The translations under genes were made by a program, and so were the position numbers. A stretch of DNA of 64,000 nucleotides from positions 11,230-75,229 of the forward strand of contig JAZTWK010000055.1 in NCBI GenBank assembly GCA_045635865.1. The letters are read 5' to 3'. This document shows positions 36,438 to 44,739 of the stretch, one piece after another. The notes beneath the pieces are model-generated. The model saw only the letters and a program-made list of their open reading frames with translations, made no database searches and had not been told where the DNA came from. Position 1 is the first letter of the stretch. Every line of letters begins with the position of its first letter. This stretch comes from Victivallaceae bacterium (lineage in GTDB: Bacteria; Verrucomicrobiota; Lentisphaeria; Victivallales; Victivallaceae).

Positions 36438-38705
36438 ATGGATTTTTCTGATGAATTTTCAAACTTAATTGAGCAAGATGATATCAAACGGTTGTTAAAG
36501 GATAAAAAAGATCCATGTTTGTATCAGTCTATCCCTCTAAAATACTTGCCTGTATATCAAGACGAAGGGTGGGAAATTCAAAAACAGTACAAAACAAAAG
36601 CTAGAATTAAAAAACACAAAACGCATTGGGACTATTTTGAAGGTAGAGTCTGGAGTCTAATGGCAAATTTAGGCTTCAAATATATGAATAAAGACTCTAA
36701 TTTTAAGATAAAATATTCTAAAGATGGTTTAACGAAACAAATTGATGTTTTTGCAGCAAACGACGAAGTTATTCTTATCACAGAATGTAAATCTGCAGAG
36801 AGTTCTAGAAAAAAAGATTTCAGCACAGAAATAAATGAGATCGGAAATTTGCGCGAAAAAATAATTAATCGTGTTAAACAGTTTTTTACCGGGAAGCCCA
36901 AAATAGCATTTTTGTTTTGCACAAACAATTGTATTGTAAACGAGCAAGACCAAAAGAGGATGAAAGATTCTAATATTCTCTGGTTAAACCAAGAAGACAT
37001 ACAATATTTTGAAAAACTAATAAACAGTATTCATGAGGCAACGATTTTTCAATTTCTTGGAAGAGTATTTGCTCAACAAACAATTCAAAACATGAAGAAT
37101 AAAGTCCCTGCAATAAGGGGAAATATGGGTGGACATCCTTTTTATTCGTTTGCGGTAGAGCCTGCAATTCTTTTGCAAATTTCTTATGTCCTTCATAGGG
37201 TTCAAACAACTGAAGATACATTAGAAACATATCAGCGAATTGTAAAACCTAAGCGTATTTCCGAGATCCAAAATTTTTTAGATGAGGGTAACTATTTTCC
37301 CAATGCAATTATTTTGAATATTGATACGCCAAAAGGCAATTCTCTTCAGTTTGATTCTGTCGGGAAAACCGATTACGATTCCAAAACTCAAATAGGAATT
37401 TTGCATTTGCCACAAAGATACCATTGTGCATACATAATAGATGGTCAACATCGGCTCTATGGATATGCAGGGAGCAAATTCAGGGACAGCAATACGATTC
37501 CTGTAATCGCTTTTGAAAACCTTCCCGCGGAAGAACAATCAAAGCTTTTTGTTGATATTAACAGCAAGCAAAAAACCGTTAGCAAGAATTTGCTGAACAC
37601 ATTAGATGCGGATTTGCGCTGGAATTCTCCTAATAAAGATGATGCAATAAAAGCATTAAAGTCAAAATTGCTTCAAAAATTGACAGACGACCAGCTGTCC
37701 CCATTGTATAAGTTGATTTCAACCGGGGACAACTCTGCCGCAAACAACACCAGTTTAACTCTCTCGTATTTGTGCTCGTATGGATTTGGGAAAACAAATT
37801 TTTTTGGTCAACTTCAAAAAAAGACAATTATCAAGTCCGGGTACTTGTGTGACAGAGAAGACCTTGCTGATTTGTCGCTAAAAAAATCTTTTTCTTACAT
37901 AAAAGATGCGTTAGATTTGATAAAAGAATGTATCCCCGAGCAGTGGGATTGTAGCAAAGAGCCGCCGTCTTTGTTACTCAAAAATGTCGGTGTCGCGGCA
38001 TTATTTCGTCTTCTCAATGATATTTTAGAGCATTTGCAAAACAACCATAATGTATCTTGTAATACAACAAGCGCAAAAACACTTTTTGAGAAATCTAAAG
38101 AATATCTAGAAGTATTTGCAGAAGAGTTAAAGAATGTCCCTTCCGCAGATATAGAGCAAATGTCAAAGCAATATGGTGCCGGAGGACCAGAAAAAGTTGC
38201 GCGGGAATTTCAACGCTGGATCAACAAGAAAAGAACAGATTTTAATCCCCCTGGATTAGAAGAATATATTCGTGATTCATCAGGATGCCATAATGAAGAA
38301 GTTCATGCAATGTTGCTTGAGTTTTTTGAAAAGTCTAGATTGTTTATCTTTGATAAGCTAAAAAACGAAGAGCCAGAAGCGTGGTGGGAAGAAAAGATTC
38401 CTATTAAAATACAGAAAAATTGCGCTATCGCCCAAATAAATGATGGCAACAAACACGAACATAGCTATTATGTAGAAAAATTCACTGATTTACAAGAAAT
38501 CATTGAATATAACTGGAAATGTTTAGGTGATTTTTTCCAAGATCCGCTTGCAGGCGGAAAAAGAAAAGATAAAATAAAATGGCTAGAGCGATTTGCTTCT
38601 TTTCAAATTCGGGTGACTAAACCAGCAAGAGAACCCATAACAGAAAGTGAATTTACTCTTATTTCAGAAACAATAGCAAGAGTAAACAACAAGATCAATA
38701 ATTAA
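36438..38705 (+). CDS. three-part protein: N-terminal PD-(D/E)XK nuclease-like domain + DGQHR (DndB/ParB-sulfiredoxin-like) domain + C-terminal degenerate HEPN-like region
   Basis: E68...D103(IDVF)...E116-C-K118 (ITECK) fits the PD-(D/E)XK pattern. YQRIVKPKR, IIDGQHRLYG (37440-37454) and LFVDINSKQKTVSKNL fit the DGQHR domain. The C-terminal WWEEKIP...DLQEIIEYNW...FQIRVTKPAR resembles Swt1-type HEPN, but with R-x5-R instead of Rx4-6H. The ATG lies 4 nt after the MTase stop. Confidence 0.7.
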   Translation: MDFSDEFSNLIEQDDIKRLLKDKKDPCLYQSIPLKYLPVYQDEGWEIQKQYKTKARIKKHKTHWDYFEGRVWSLMANLGFKYMNKDSNFKIKYSKDGLTKQIDVFAANDEVILITECKSAESSRKKDFSTEINEIGNLREKIINRVKQFFTGKPKIAFLFCTNNCIVNEQDQKRMKDSNILWLNQEDIQYFEKLINSIHEATIFQFLGRVFAQQTIQNMKNKVPAIRGNMGGHPFYSFAVEPAILLQISYVLHRVQTTEDTLETYQRIVKPKRISEIQNFLDEGNYFPNAIILNIDTPKGNSLQFDSVGKTDYDSKTQIGILHLPQRYHCAYIIDGQHRLYGYAGSKFRDSNTIPVIAFENLPAEEQSKLFVDINSKQKTVSKNLLNTLDADLRWNSPNKDDAIKALKSKLLQKLTDDQLSPLYKLISTGDNSAANNTSLTLSYLCSYGFGKTNFFGQLQKKTIIKSGYLCDREDLADLSLKKSFSYIKDALDLIKECIPEQWDCSKEPPSLLLKNVGVAALFRLLNDILEHLQNNHNVSCNTTSAKTLFEKSKEYLEVFAEELKNVPSADIEQMSKQYGAGGPEKVAREFQRWINKKRTDFNPPGLEEYIRDSSGCHNEEVHAMLLEFFEKSRLFIFDKLKNEEPEAWWEEKIPIKIQKNCAIAQINDGNKHEHSYYVEKFTDLQEIIEYNWKCLGDFFQDPLAGGKRKDKIKWLERFASFQIRVTKPAREPITESEFTLISETIARVNNKINN

Positions 38706-38750
38706 GCGCACAATATTTAGTCTCTTGTTGATCGGCATAAGGTAACTACT

Positions 38751-39635
38751 TTGAAAATTTGCATCAATCAGTTTTTGTCCAAAACCACAAGGATACGCCG
38801 AGCAACAAAGAAGAAATTATTGCAGGCAATTTATGATGATTTTTTCAATCATGTTGAGAGTACGGAAATCTTTATAATTGACGCTATTGAATCGCATGAG
38901 CAAAGAATAAAAAACAAGATTGATTTCCCCGCAACAAAACTCCCAACTTTCTCATTTGAAGCCGACCATCCGTCTGGGATCTATCAAACCGGCAAGATGT
39001 TTTATATTCCGAAGAAAAACCTTAAAACCACTTGTCGAGATGTTTTAAACTATCAGCTATGCTTGTATTTTGTTTGGTGTTTTGAGAAATTTGAGCAATT
39101 TTTAAGTCAGATATATGCTTATATTTGTTTTACAAAGTTGGCTGATTGGGAAATTGCCCACAACTATCAAAATGCTCCAGGAGATTTTTTGAGCACATTA
39201 GTTTTGGCTAAAAGGCACAAAGATTATAGCAAAACCATACCCAAATTGCAAGAAACTTTCCGTTTCATAGCCGACAAAGAAGAAAGTGGATTAAAGGATT
39301 ATCAACACCTAAAATGGCATATCTATTTTTTTGCAAAAATGCGAAATCATATTGTTCACTGTGCAACCGATATAGAAGATATGGCCAAGTTTCGTGAAGA
39401 CATAACTAAAAAAGTCGGTTGCACAAACTGCCGTAATTTTAAAACTTTTCTTGATAGAATGACTGCGCGGTATGTCAAGAGTGCTGAAAAATTTTTTCCG
39501 GCAAAAGTATGGCTTTTGAGCAACGATCCCCATGAGAATACTGCCACCAAGTGCGGGAGCACCAATCACGTTTTTCTGGCGTATGCTTCTTTAGTAAAAA
39601 CTGCGATAGAGAAAACTTTTTTCGGCGATATTTAG
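38751..39635 (+). CDS. hypothetical protein with HEPN-type Rx4H motif (putative RNase effector)
   Basis: FFAKMRNHIVHC: R198-N-H-I-V-H203 at nt 39342-39359, in a predicted helical context. The only in-frame start near the ORF 5' end is the TTG at 38751, with TAAGGT 7 nt upstream. 294 aa. Confidence 0.55.
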   Translation: MKICINQFLSKTTRIRRATKKKLLQAIYDDFFNHVESTEIFIIDAIESHEQRIKNKIDFPATKLPTFSFEADHPSGIYQTGKMFYIPKKNLKTTCRDVLNYQLCLYFVWCFEKFEQFLSQIYAYICFTKLADWEIAHNYQNAPGDFLSTLVLAKRHKDYSKTIPKLQETFRFIADKEESGLKDYQHLKWHIYFFAKMRNHIVHCATDIEDMAKFREDITKKVGCTNCRNFKTFLDRMTARYVKSAEKFFPAKVWLLSNDPHENTATKCGSTNHVFLAYASLVKTAIEKTFFGDI

Positions 39636-39741
39636 ACTTTTTTTGACTTTTTTGCGGATTTTTTTGGCTCTTGCCTTGATTTTGTAGCGGAGCTATGGTA
39701 TTTTTAGCCCGTCCTATAATTGAACTTTTGTGAGGTTTTTT

Positions 39742-40965
39742 ATGGCTGAATTACGCGCTTTTCACGGCCTCTTGCCCGATCCCAAAGTCGCTCATCTCGT
39801 TTCCGCCGTGCCCTACGACGTCGTCAATTCCGAGGAAGCCGCCCAACTCGCCGCCGGCAACCCCCTTTCCTTCCTCCACGTCTCCCGCCCCGAAATCGAC
39901 CTCGAGCCCGGCATCGACCTCTACGACGAAAAAGTTTACGCCCAGAGCCGCGCCGCCTTCGACCGCATCGGTAAGGAAGCCCCCCTCGTCGAGGACTCCG
40001 GCAAGCACCTCTATATCTATGAGCTTACCATGAACGGTCGCCGCCAGACCGGCGTCATCGGCGCCGCTTCCGCCGCCGAATATCGCTCCGGGATCATCAA
40101 AAAGCACGAGAAAACTCGTCAGGATAAGGAAGACGACCGCACCCGCCAAGTCATGGCGCTCCGTTCCCACACCGGCCCGGCGTTTTTCACCTATCGCGAC
40201 CACGCCGAGATCAACTCGATCGTCAACAGCGAAAAAGCGAAAGCCCCGCTCTTTGACTTCGTTTCCCCCGACGGCATCCGCCACCGCCTCTGGCGGCTTG
40301 ACGAAGCCGTTTCCGCCCGGCTCGAAGCCGCCTTCCGCTCCGGAGTCCCGGTCTTTTACATCGCCGACGGCCATCACCGTTCCGCCGCCGCCGCCCGCAC
40401 CGCCGTCGAGTGCGGCAAGCTCGATGACCCCAACGCCGAGAGCAACTACTTCCTCGCGGTCGCCTTTCCCGCTTCCGAGCTCGCGATCTTGCCCTACAAC
40501 CGCGTAGTCAAAAGTCTCAACGGCAAAAGCGAAGCCGACTTCCTCGCCGCGCTCGGCAAGGAATTTGTCGTCACTCCCACCGCCGACGCCGAAGTCAAAG
40601 CCCCCGGGCAATTCAAGTTTTATCTCAATGGCAAGTGGTATCTCGCCACCCCCAAATTTGATATTTCTCAACTCGGGGTCATCGCTTCCCTCGACGCCAG
40701 CATCCTGCAGGACCACGTCCTCGCCCCCATTCTCGGCATCGGCGACCCCCGCACCGACCAAAACATTTCCTTTGTCGGCGGCATCCGCGGCACCGGCGAG
40801 CTGGTCAAGCTCGTCGATTCCGGCAAGTTCGCCATCGCCTTTTCCATGCCCGCCGTCACCGTCGATCAGCTGATGAATATCGCCGACGCCGGCGAGATCA
40901 TGCCGCCCAAATCCACTTGGTTCGAGCCGAAACTGCGCGACGGACTGGTCTCGCACAACTTCTAA
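39742..40965 (+). CDS. DUF1015 family protein
   Basis: MAELRAFHGLLPDP...VSAVPYDVV N-terminus and ..FYIADGHHRSAAA.. motif, both characteristic of DUF1015. 407 aa. Confidence 0.8.
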   Translation: MAELRAFHGLLPDPKVAHLVSAVPYDVVNSEEAAQLAAGNPLSFLHVSRPEIDLEPGIDLYDEKVYAQSRAAFDRIGKEAPLVEDSGKHLYIYELTMNGRRQTGVIGAASAAEYRSGIIKKHEKTRQDKEDDRTRQVMALRSHTGPAFFTYRDHAEINSIVNSEKAKAPLFDFVSPDGIRHRLWRLDEAVSARLEAAFRSGVPVFYIADGHHRSAAAARTAVECGKLDDPNAESNYFLAVAFPASELAILPYNRVVKSLNGKSEADFLAALGKEFVVTPTADAEVKAPGQFKFYLNGKWYLATPKFDISQLGVIASLDASILQDHVLAPILGIGDPRTDQNISFVGGIRGTGELVKLVDSGKFAIAFSMPAVTVDQLMNIADAGEIMPPKSTWFEPKLRDGLVSHNF

Positions 40966-40996
40966 AGCGGCGCAACTTCCTCTCGGCGAGGGTCTT

Positions 40997-42082
40997 ATGG
41001 CGTTAATTCTCGGCATTGAATCCAGTTGCGACGAAACCGCCGCCGCGGTCGTCCGCGACGGGCGGGAGGTGCTTTCCAGCGTCGTTGCTTCGCAGATTGC
41101 CAAGCACGCCCCTCACGGCGGCGTCGTACCCGAACTCGCCGCCCGCGAGCACCTCAAAGCCTTGCCCCACGTCGTCCCCGCCGCCTTGCGCGAAGCCGGG
41201 ATCGCGCTTTCCGACCTCGCCGCCGTCGCGGTGACGCAGGGCCCCGGACTCATCCCGGCGCTTCTGGTCGGGCTCAACTACGCCAAGGGTCTGGCGCAGG
41301 GCGCGGGCTTGCCGCTTATTGGCGTAAATCACTTTATGGCACACATTTACGGCGCTTTTCTCGACGGCGCCGACCCGCTTCTTCAAGACCCCGCGACCTA
41401 TCCCCTGCTCGCGCTGGTCGTTTCCGGCGGCCACACTTCGCTCGTGCTGGTCGAAGCCGACGGCAGGGCGCGGCAGTTGGGCAGCACCATCGACGACGCC
41501 GCGGGCGAAGCCCTCGACAAGGGCGCCAAGCTCCTCGGTTTGGGTTATCCCGGCGGCCCGATCATTCAGAAAACGGCGGAATCGGGCGACGAAACCGCGT
41601 TCAACTTCCCCCGGCCGCTCACCGGCGCGGCGGGCAAGCCGCTCGACCCGGCGTTGCGTTATTCTTTCAGTTTCAGCGGCATCAAGACCGCCTTGCTCTA
41701 CCACGTCAGAAAGTATGCGGGTGAATCCGGAACTCTTTCCGGCAAAATGCTTTACGATACAGTAGCCTCTTATCAGGCGGCGGTGGTCGACACCCTCTGC
41801 CGCAAGGCGCTCAAGGCGGCGGCGGACTTCCGCGCCAAGACCCTCGTGGTGGCGGGCGGCGTCGCCTGCAACCAAAAGCTCCGCGACGAACTCGCCCGGC
41901 GGCTCCCCGCTCAACTCGCGCTCCGCATCGCCCCGCCCAAGTACTGCACCGACAATGCCGCCATGGTCGGCGGGATCGGCTTCTGCCACTATCGCCGTTC
42001 CGATTTTGCCCCGCTGGACATCGACTCTTTCGCCCGACTGCCGAAATTTGTGCAAGTGCCTTTCGTCGGCGGGGATAGATAA
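40997..42082 (+). CDS. tsaD: tRNA N6-adenosine threonylcarbamoyltransferase
   Basis: ILGIESSCDETAAAVV, ..HMAHI.., ..VSGGHT.., ..DEAxDK-like GEALDKGAKLLGLGYPGGP. 361 aa. Confidence 0.9.
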   Translation: MALILGIESSCDETAAAVVRDGREVLSSVVASQIAKHAPHGGVVPELAAREHLKALPHVVPAALREAGIALSDLAAVAVTQGPGLIPALLVGLNYAKGLAQGAGLPLIGVNHFMAHIYGAFLDGADPLLQDPATYPLLALVVSGGHTSLVLVEADGRARQLGSTIDDAAGEALDKGAKLLGLGYPGGPIIQKTAESGDETAFNFPRPLTGAAGKPLDPALRYSFSFSGIKTALLYHVRKYAGESGTLSGKMLYDTVASYQAAVVDTLCRKALKAAADFRAKTLVVAGGVACNQKLRDELARRLPAQLALRIAPPKYCTDNAAMVGGIGFCHYRRSDFAPLDIDSFARLPKFVQVPFVGGDR

Positions 42083-42723
42083 TGAAAAAACTTCTGGTCA
42101 TCGACCTCGACGGCACCCTCGCGGATACCCGCGCCGACCTCGCCGCCGCGGTCAACGCGATGCGGGCGAGCCTTGCGCTTCCCCCGTTGCCGGTGGATTT
42201 CGTCGTCCGGCAGGTCGGCGACGGGATCTCCGCGCTGATCCGCCGCACGCTTCCCGCCGAAGCCGACTTTGCCGCCGGGAGCGCCGCGATGACGGACTTT
42301 TACCGTCAGCATCTACTCGACGCCACCAAACTTTATCCGCAAGTCAAGGAAACGCTCGCCACGCTCCACTCCGCCGGGGTGGTGATCGCGCTCTTTTCCA
42401 ACAAGCCGCAGGGGGCGTGTGAAAAGATCCTCACCGGGCTGGAGATCGCCCCGTTTTTCACCGAGATCATCGGCGGGGGCGGGGATTTCCCCCTCAAGCC
42501 CGACCCGGCGGCGCTCCTTTACCTGCGGGAAAAGTTCGCGCTTCCGGCGAAAGATTGCTATATGTTCGGCGACCACAAAACGGATATCGCCGCCGCGCGC
42601 CGCGCCGGGTTCCGGAGCATTTTCGCTTCTTTCGGCTTCGGCCGTTTGGGCGAGGACGCGCCGGACTCCGCCGTAAACCGTTTCGCCGAAATACTACCCC
42701 TTTTACTCGGAGTTGACCAATGA
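42082..42723 (+). CDS. HAD-IA family phosphatase (phosphoglycolate phosphatase-like)
   Basis: LVIDLDGTLADT motif I, ..SNKP.. motif II, ..MFGDHKTD.. motif IV. 1-nt overlap with the tsaD stop. Confidence 0.75.
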   Translation: MKKLLVIDLDGTLADTRADLAAAVNAMRASLALPPLPVDFVVRQVGDGISALIRRTLPAEADFAAGSAAMTDFYRQHLLDATKLYPQVKETLATLHSAGVVIALFSNKPQGACEKILTGLEIAPFFTEIIGGGGDFPLKPDPAALLYLREKFALPAKDCYMFGDHKTDIAAARRAGFRSIFASFGFGRLGEDAPDSAVNRFAEILPLLLGVDQ

Positions 42724-44048
42724 AAATAAAACTCCCGGAACACGCCGAATTTGCCGCCGTGAAACTTGCGGCGCAACGGCTCATCGCCGCCGGATTTCCC
42801 ACCCGGCTGGTCGGCGGCTCGGTGCGCGATCTGATCATGGCGCGCCCGCCGTCGGACTACGACCTTGTCACCGTCGCCACCCCGGAGCAGATTTTTGCGC
42901 TCTTTCCCGAAGCCAAACTCGTCGGCGCAAGTTTCGGGGTGACGATCCTCAAGATCAACGACTTTTCCTTTGAGTGCGCCACCGCCCGCGAGGAGCGCGG
43001 CTACATGGACGGCCGCCACCCCACCGAGGTCAAGTACACCACCAGTTTTGAGGTCGATTCGGCGCGGCGGGACTTCACCATCAACGCCATGAGTTGCGAC
43101 CCGGTCACCGGGGAAGTTTTCGACTATCACGGCGGTATTTCCGACTTGCGCCGCGGAGTGATCCGCACGGTCGGCGACCCCGGTCAGCGCTTCGACGAGG
43201 ACTATTTGCGGATGCTCCGGGCGGTCCGCTTCGCCGGGCGGTACGACTTTGAACTCGACCCCGCCACCGCCGCGGCGATCGTCGATCGCGCCGCCAAGGC
43301 GCGGGAAATTTCCGGCGAGCGCATCGCCGCCGAACTCAATATGATGCTCGAAAGCCGCGACCCCGCCGGGTGCGTCGCCCGCTTGGAAGAGTGCCGACTG
43401 CTCCCGCACATCCTGCCCGAAGTCGCACTTTTGCGCGGCATTTCCCAGCCCCCGGAATTCCACCCCGAGGGCGATGTTTTAACGCATACACTCTTGATGC
43501 TCAAGCACTTGGCGCTGCCGAACCGGCTCTTGGCGTGGAGCGTTTTGCTCCACGACGTCGGCAAGGGGAAGACCCGGAGCGTCGATCCCGACGGGCGGAT
43601 CCGTTTTTTCGGCCACGAGAGCGTCGGGGCGGAGATCGCGGAAAAACTCCTCATCCGGCTCCACTTCCCCACCGACGAGATCGAGATCATCACCCACGCG
43701 ATCGCCAATCACATGCGCTTTGCCGCGGTGCGGGAAATGCGTCAGGCGAAACTGCTCCGGCTGATCGCCGAGCCGAATTTCCCCCTGGAGCTGGAGTTGC
43801 ACCGGGTCGATTGCCTCTGCTCAAACTCGTTCTTGGCGGGATTCGTCTTTTTGCTCGACGCCTGCCGAAAGGCGCCGCGGCAACTGCCGGAACCGTGGGT
43901 TTCCGGGCGGGATCTCATCGCGCTCGGCGGCACCCCCGGCAAGCACTTCGGCAAAATCCTCTCGGAAATTTTTGACGCGCAGATCACCGGGGAACTCGCT
44001 TCGCGCGAGGAGGCGCTGGCGCGCGCCGCCAAGTTCCTTGAGGAGTAA
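42720..44048 (+). CDS. cca: CCA tRNA nucleotidyltransferase (PolyA polymerase head + HD domain)
   Basis: LVGGSVRDLI..., ..RRDFTINAM.., HD-domain LLHDVGK. 442 aa. Confidence 0.8.
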   Translation: MKIKLPEHAEFAAVKLAAQRLIAAGFPTRLVGGSVRDLIMARPPSDYDLVTVATPEQIFALFPEAKLVGASFGVTILKINDFSFECATAREERGYMDGRHPTEVKYTTSFEVDSARRDFTINAMSCDPVTGEVFDYHGGISDLRRGVIRTVGDPGQRFDEDYLRMLRAVRFAGRYDFELDPATAAAIVDRAAKAREISGERIAAELNMMLESRDPAGCVARLEECRLLPHILPEVALLRGISQPPEFHPEGDVLTHTLLMLKHLALPNRLLAWSVLLHDVGKGKTRSVDPDGRIRFFGHESVGAEIAEKLLIRLHFPTDEIEIITHAIANHMRFAAVREMRQAKLLRLIAEPNFPLELELHRVDCLCSNSFLAGFVFLLDACRKAPRQLPEPWVSGRDLIALGGTPGKHFGKILSEIFDAQITGELASREEALARAAKFLEE

Positions 44049-44052
44049 ACTT

Positions 44053-44739
44053 ATGCTCGTCGCCGCCAATCCCAACGCGGGTCACCGCCGCCGGTTGCGC
44101 GAAAAGTTTCTCGCGCACGGTCTCGAAGCGTTGGCGGACTACGAGCGCATCGAGTTACTGCTCACTTACGCCATTGCCCGGCGCGACACCAAGGCTCTGG
44201 CGAAACGGCTGTTGGAAAAGTTTGGCTCGCTGGAAAATCTCCTCGACGCTCCGGCGCACGAATTGCTCGCCACCCCCGGGATCGGCGAGAGCGCCGCCGC
44301 GCTTATATTGCTCTTGAAACCGCTCTGCACCAAGTATTTGGAAGATCGCTTCACCCGCACCCCGATCAAGCTGGGCGAACCGCAGGCAATGGTCAACTTT
44401 CTGCGCATGAAAATCGGCGCCTTGAGCAAAGAGACCTTGTTTTTGCTCTATCTCGACTCGCGGGATCAGCTCATCGGTTATCGCGCCATCGCCGGCACGG
44501 TCGATCGCGCGCCGATCTTTGTACGCGAAGTCGTGGAAGATGCCCTGCTCCGCCACGCCTGCTCGGTGGTGGCGGCGCACAATCACCCCAGCGGCATTTG
44601 CGAACCCACCGGCGATGATATAAATTTGATCGGCGCGTTGGCGCGGGCGCTTGACTCGGTCGGGATCAAGCTCGCCGACCATTTGGTAATCACCAAAAGC
44701 GCCTCATTCAGCTTTGTCGCGCACAAATTCCTCAAGTAG
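44053..44739 (+). CDS. radC: RadC-family JAB/MPN domain protein
   Basis: ..YERIELLL.. HhH region and JAMM motif AAHNHPSG. The ATG at 44053 follows the cca stop. Confidence 0.85.
   Translation: MLVAANPNAGHRRRLREKFLAHGLEALADYERIELLLTYAIARRDTKALAKRLLEKFGSLENLLDAPAHELLATPGIGESAAALILLLKPLCTKYLEDRFTRTPIKLGEPQAMVNFLRMKIGALSKETLFLLYLDSRDQLIGYRAIAGTVDRAPIFVREVVEDALLRHACSVVAAHNHPSGICEPTGDDINLIGALARALDSVGIKLADHLVITKSASFSFVAHKFLK

Larger units (their letters stand above)
34900..39740 (+). other. AT-rich genomic islet: four co-oriented genes (unknown / Dam-family MTase / PD-(D/E)XK-DGQHR fusion / HEPN-motif protein); candidate defence cassette
   Basis: There is an abrupt, visible drop in G+C and a switch to A/T-ending codons relative to both flanks. 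Gene gaps are 49, 4 and 45 nt. No integrase, tRNA or flanking direct repeat was found. Confidence 0.7.

Noticed and set aside
36632-37827. Small minus-strand ORFs inside the AT-rich cassette (36632-37000, 36729-36953, 36970-37230, 37278-37538, 37630-37827)
   Set aside because: They lie antisense to the long, motif-bearing DGQHR ORF. They are short, Phe/Leu/Ile-rich as expected from AT-rich antisense, and lack RBS and motifs.
39636-39700. T-rich stretch with duplicated GACTTTTTT after the last cassette gene; considered as a terminator
   Set aside because: No GC-rich stem precedes the T-runs. It may be rho-dependent or simply AT-rich spacer, so it is not called.
34729-39741. Looked for mobility signatures of the AT-rich islet: integrase or transposase genes, a flanking tRNA, direct repeats or att-like duplications at the borders
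   Set aside because: None was found by eye in 34729-34929 or 39636-39741, so I did not call it a mobile element. It is annotated only as a compositional islet.
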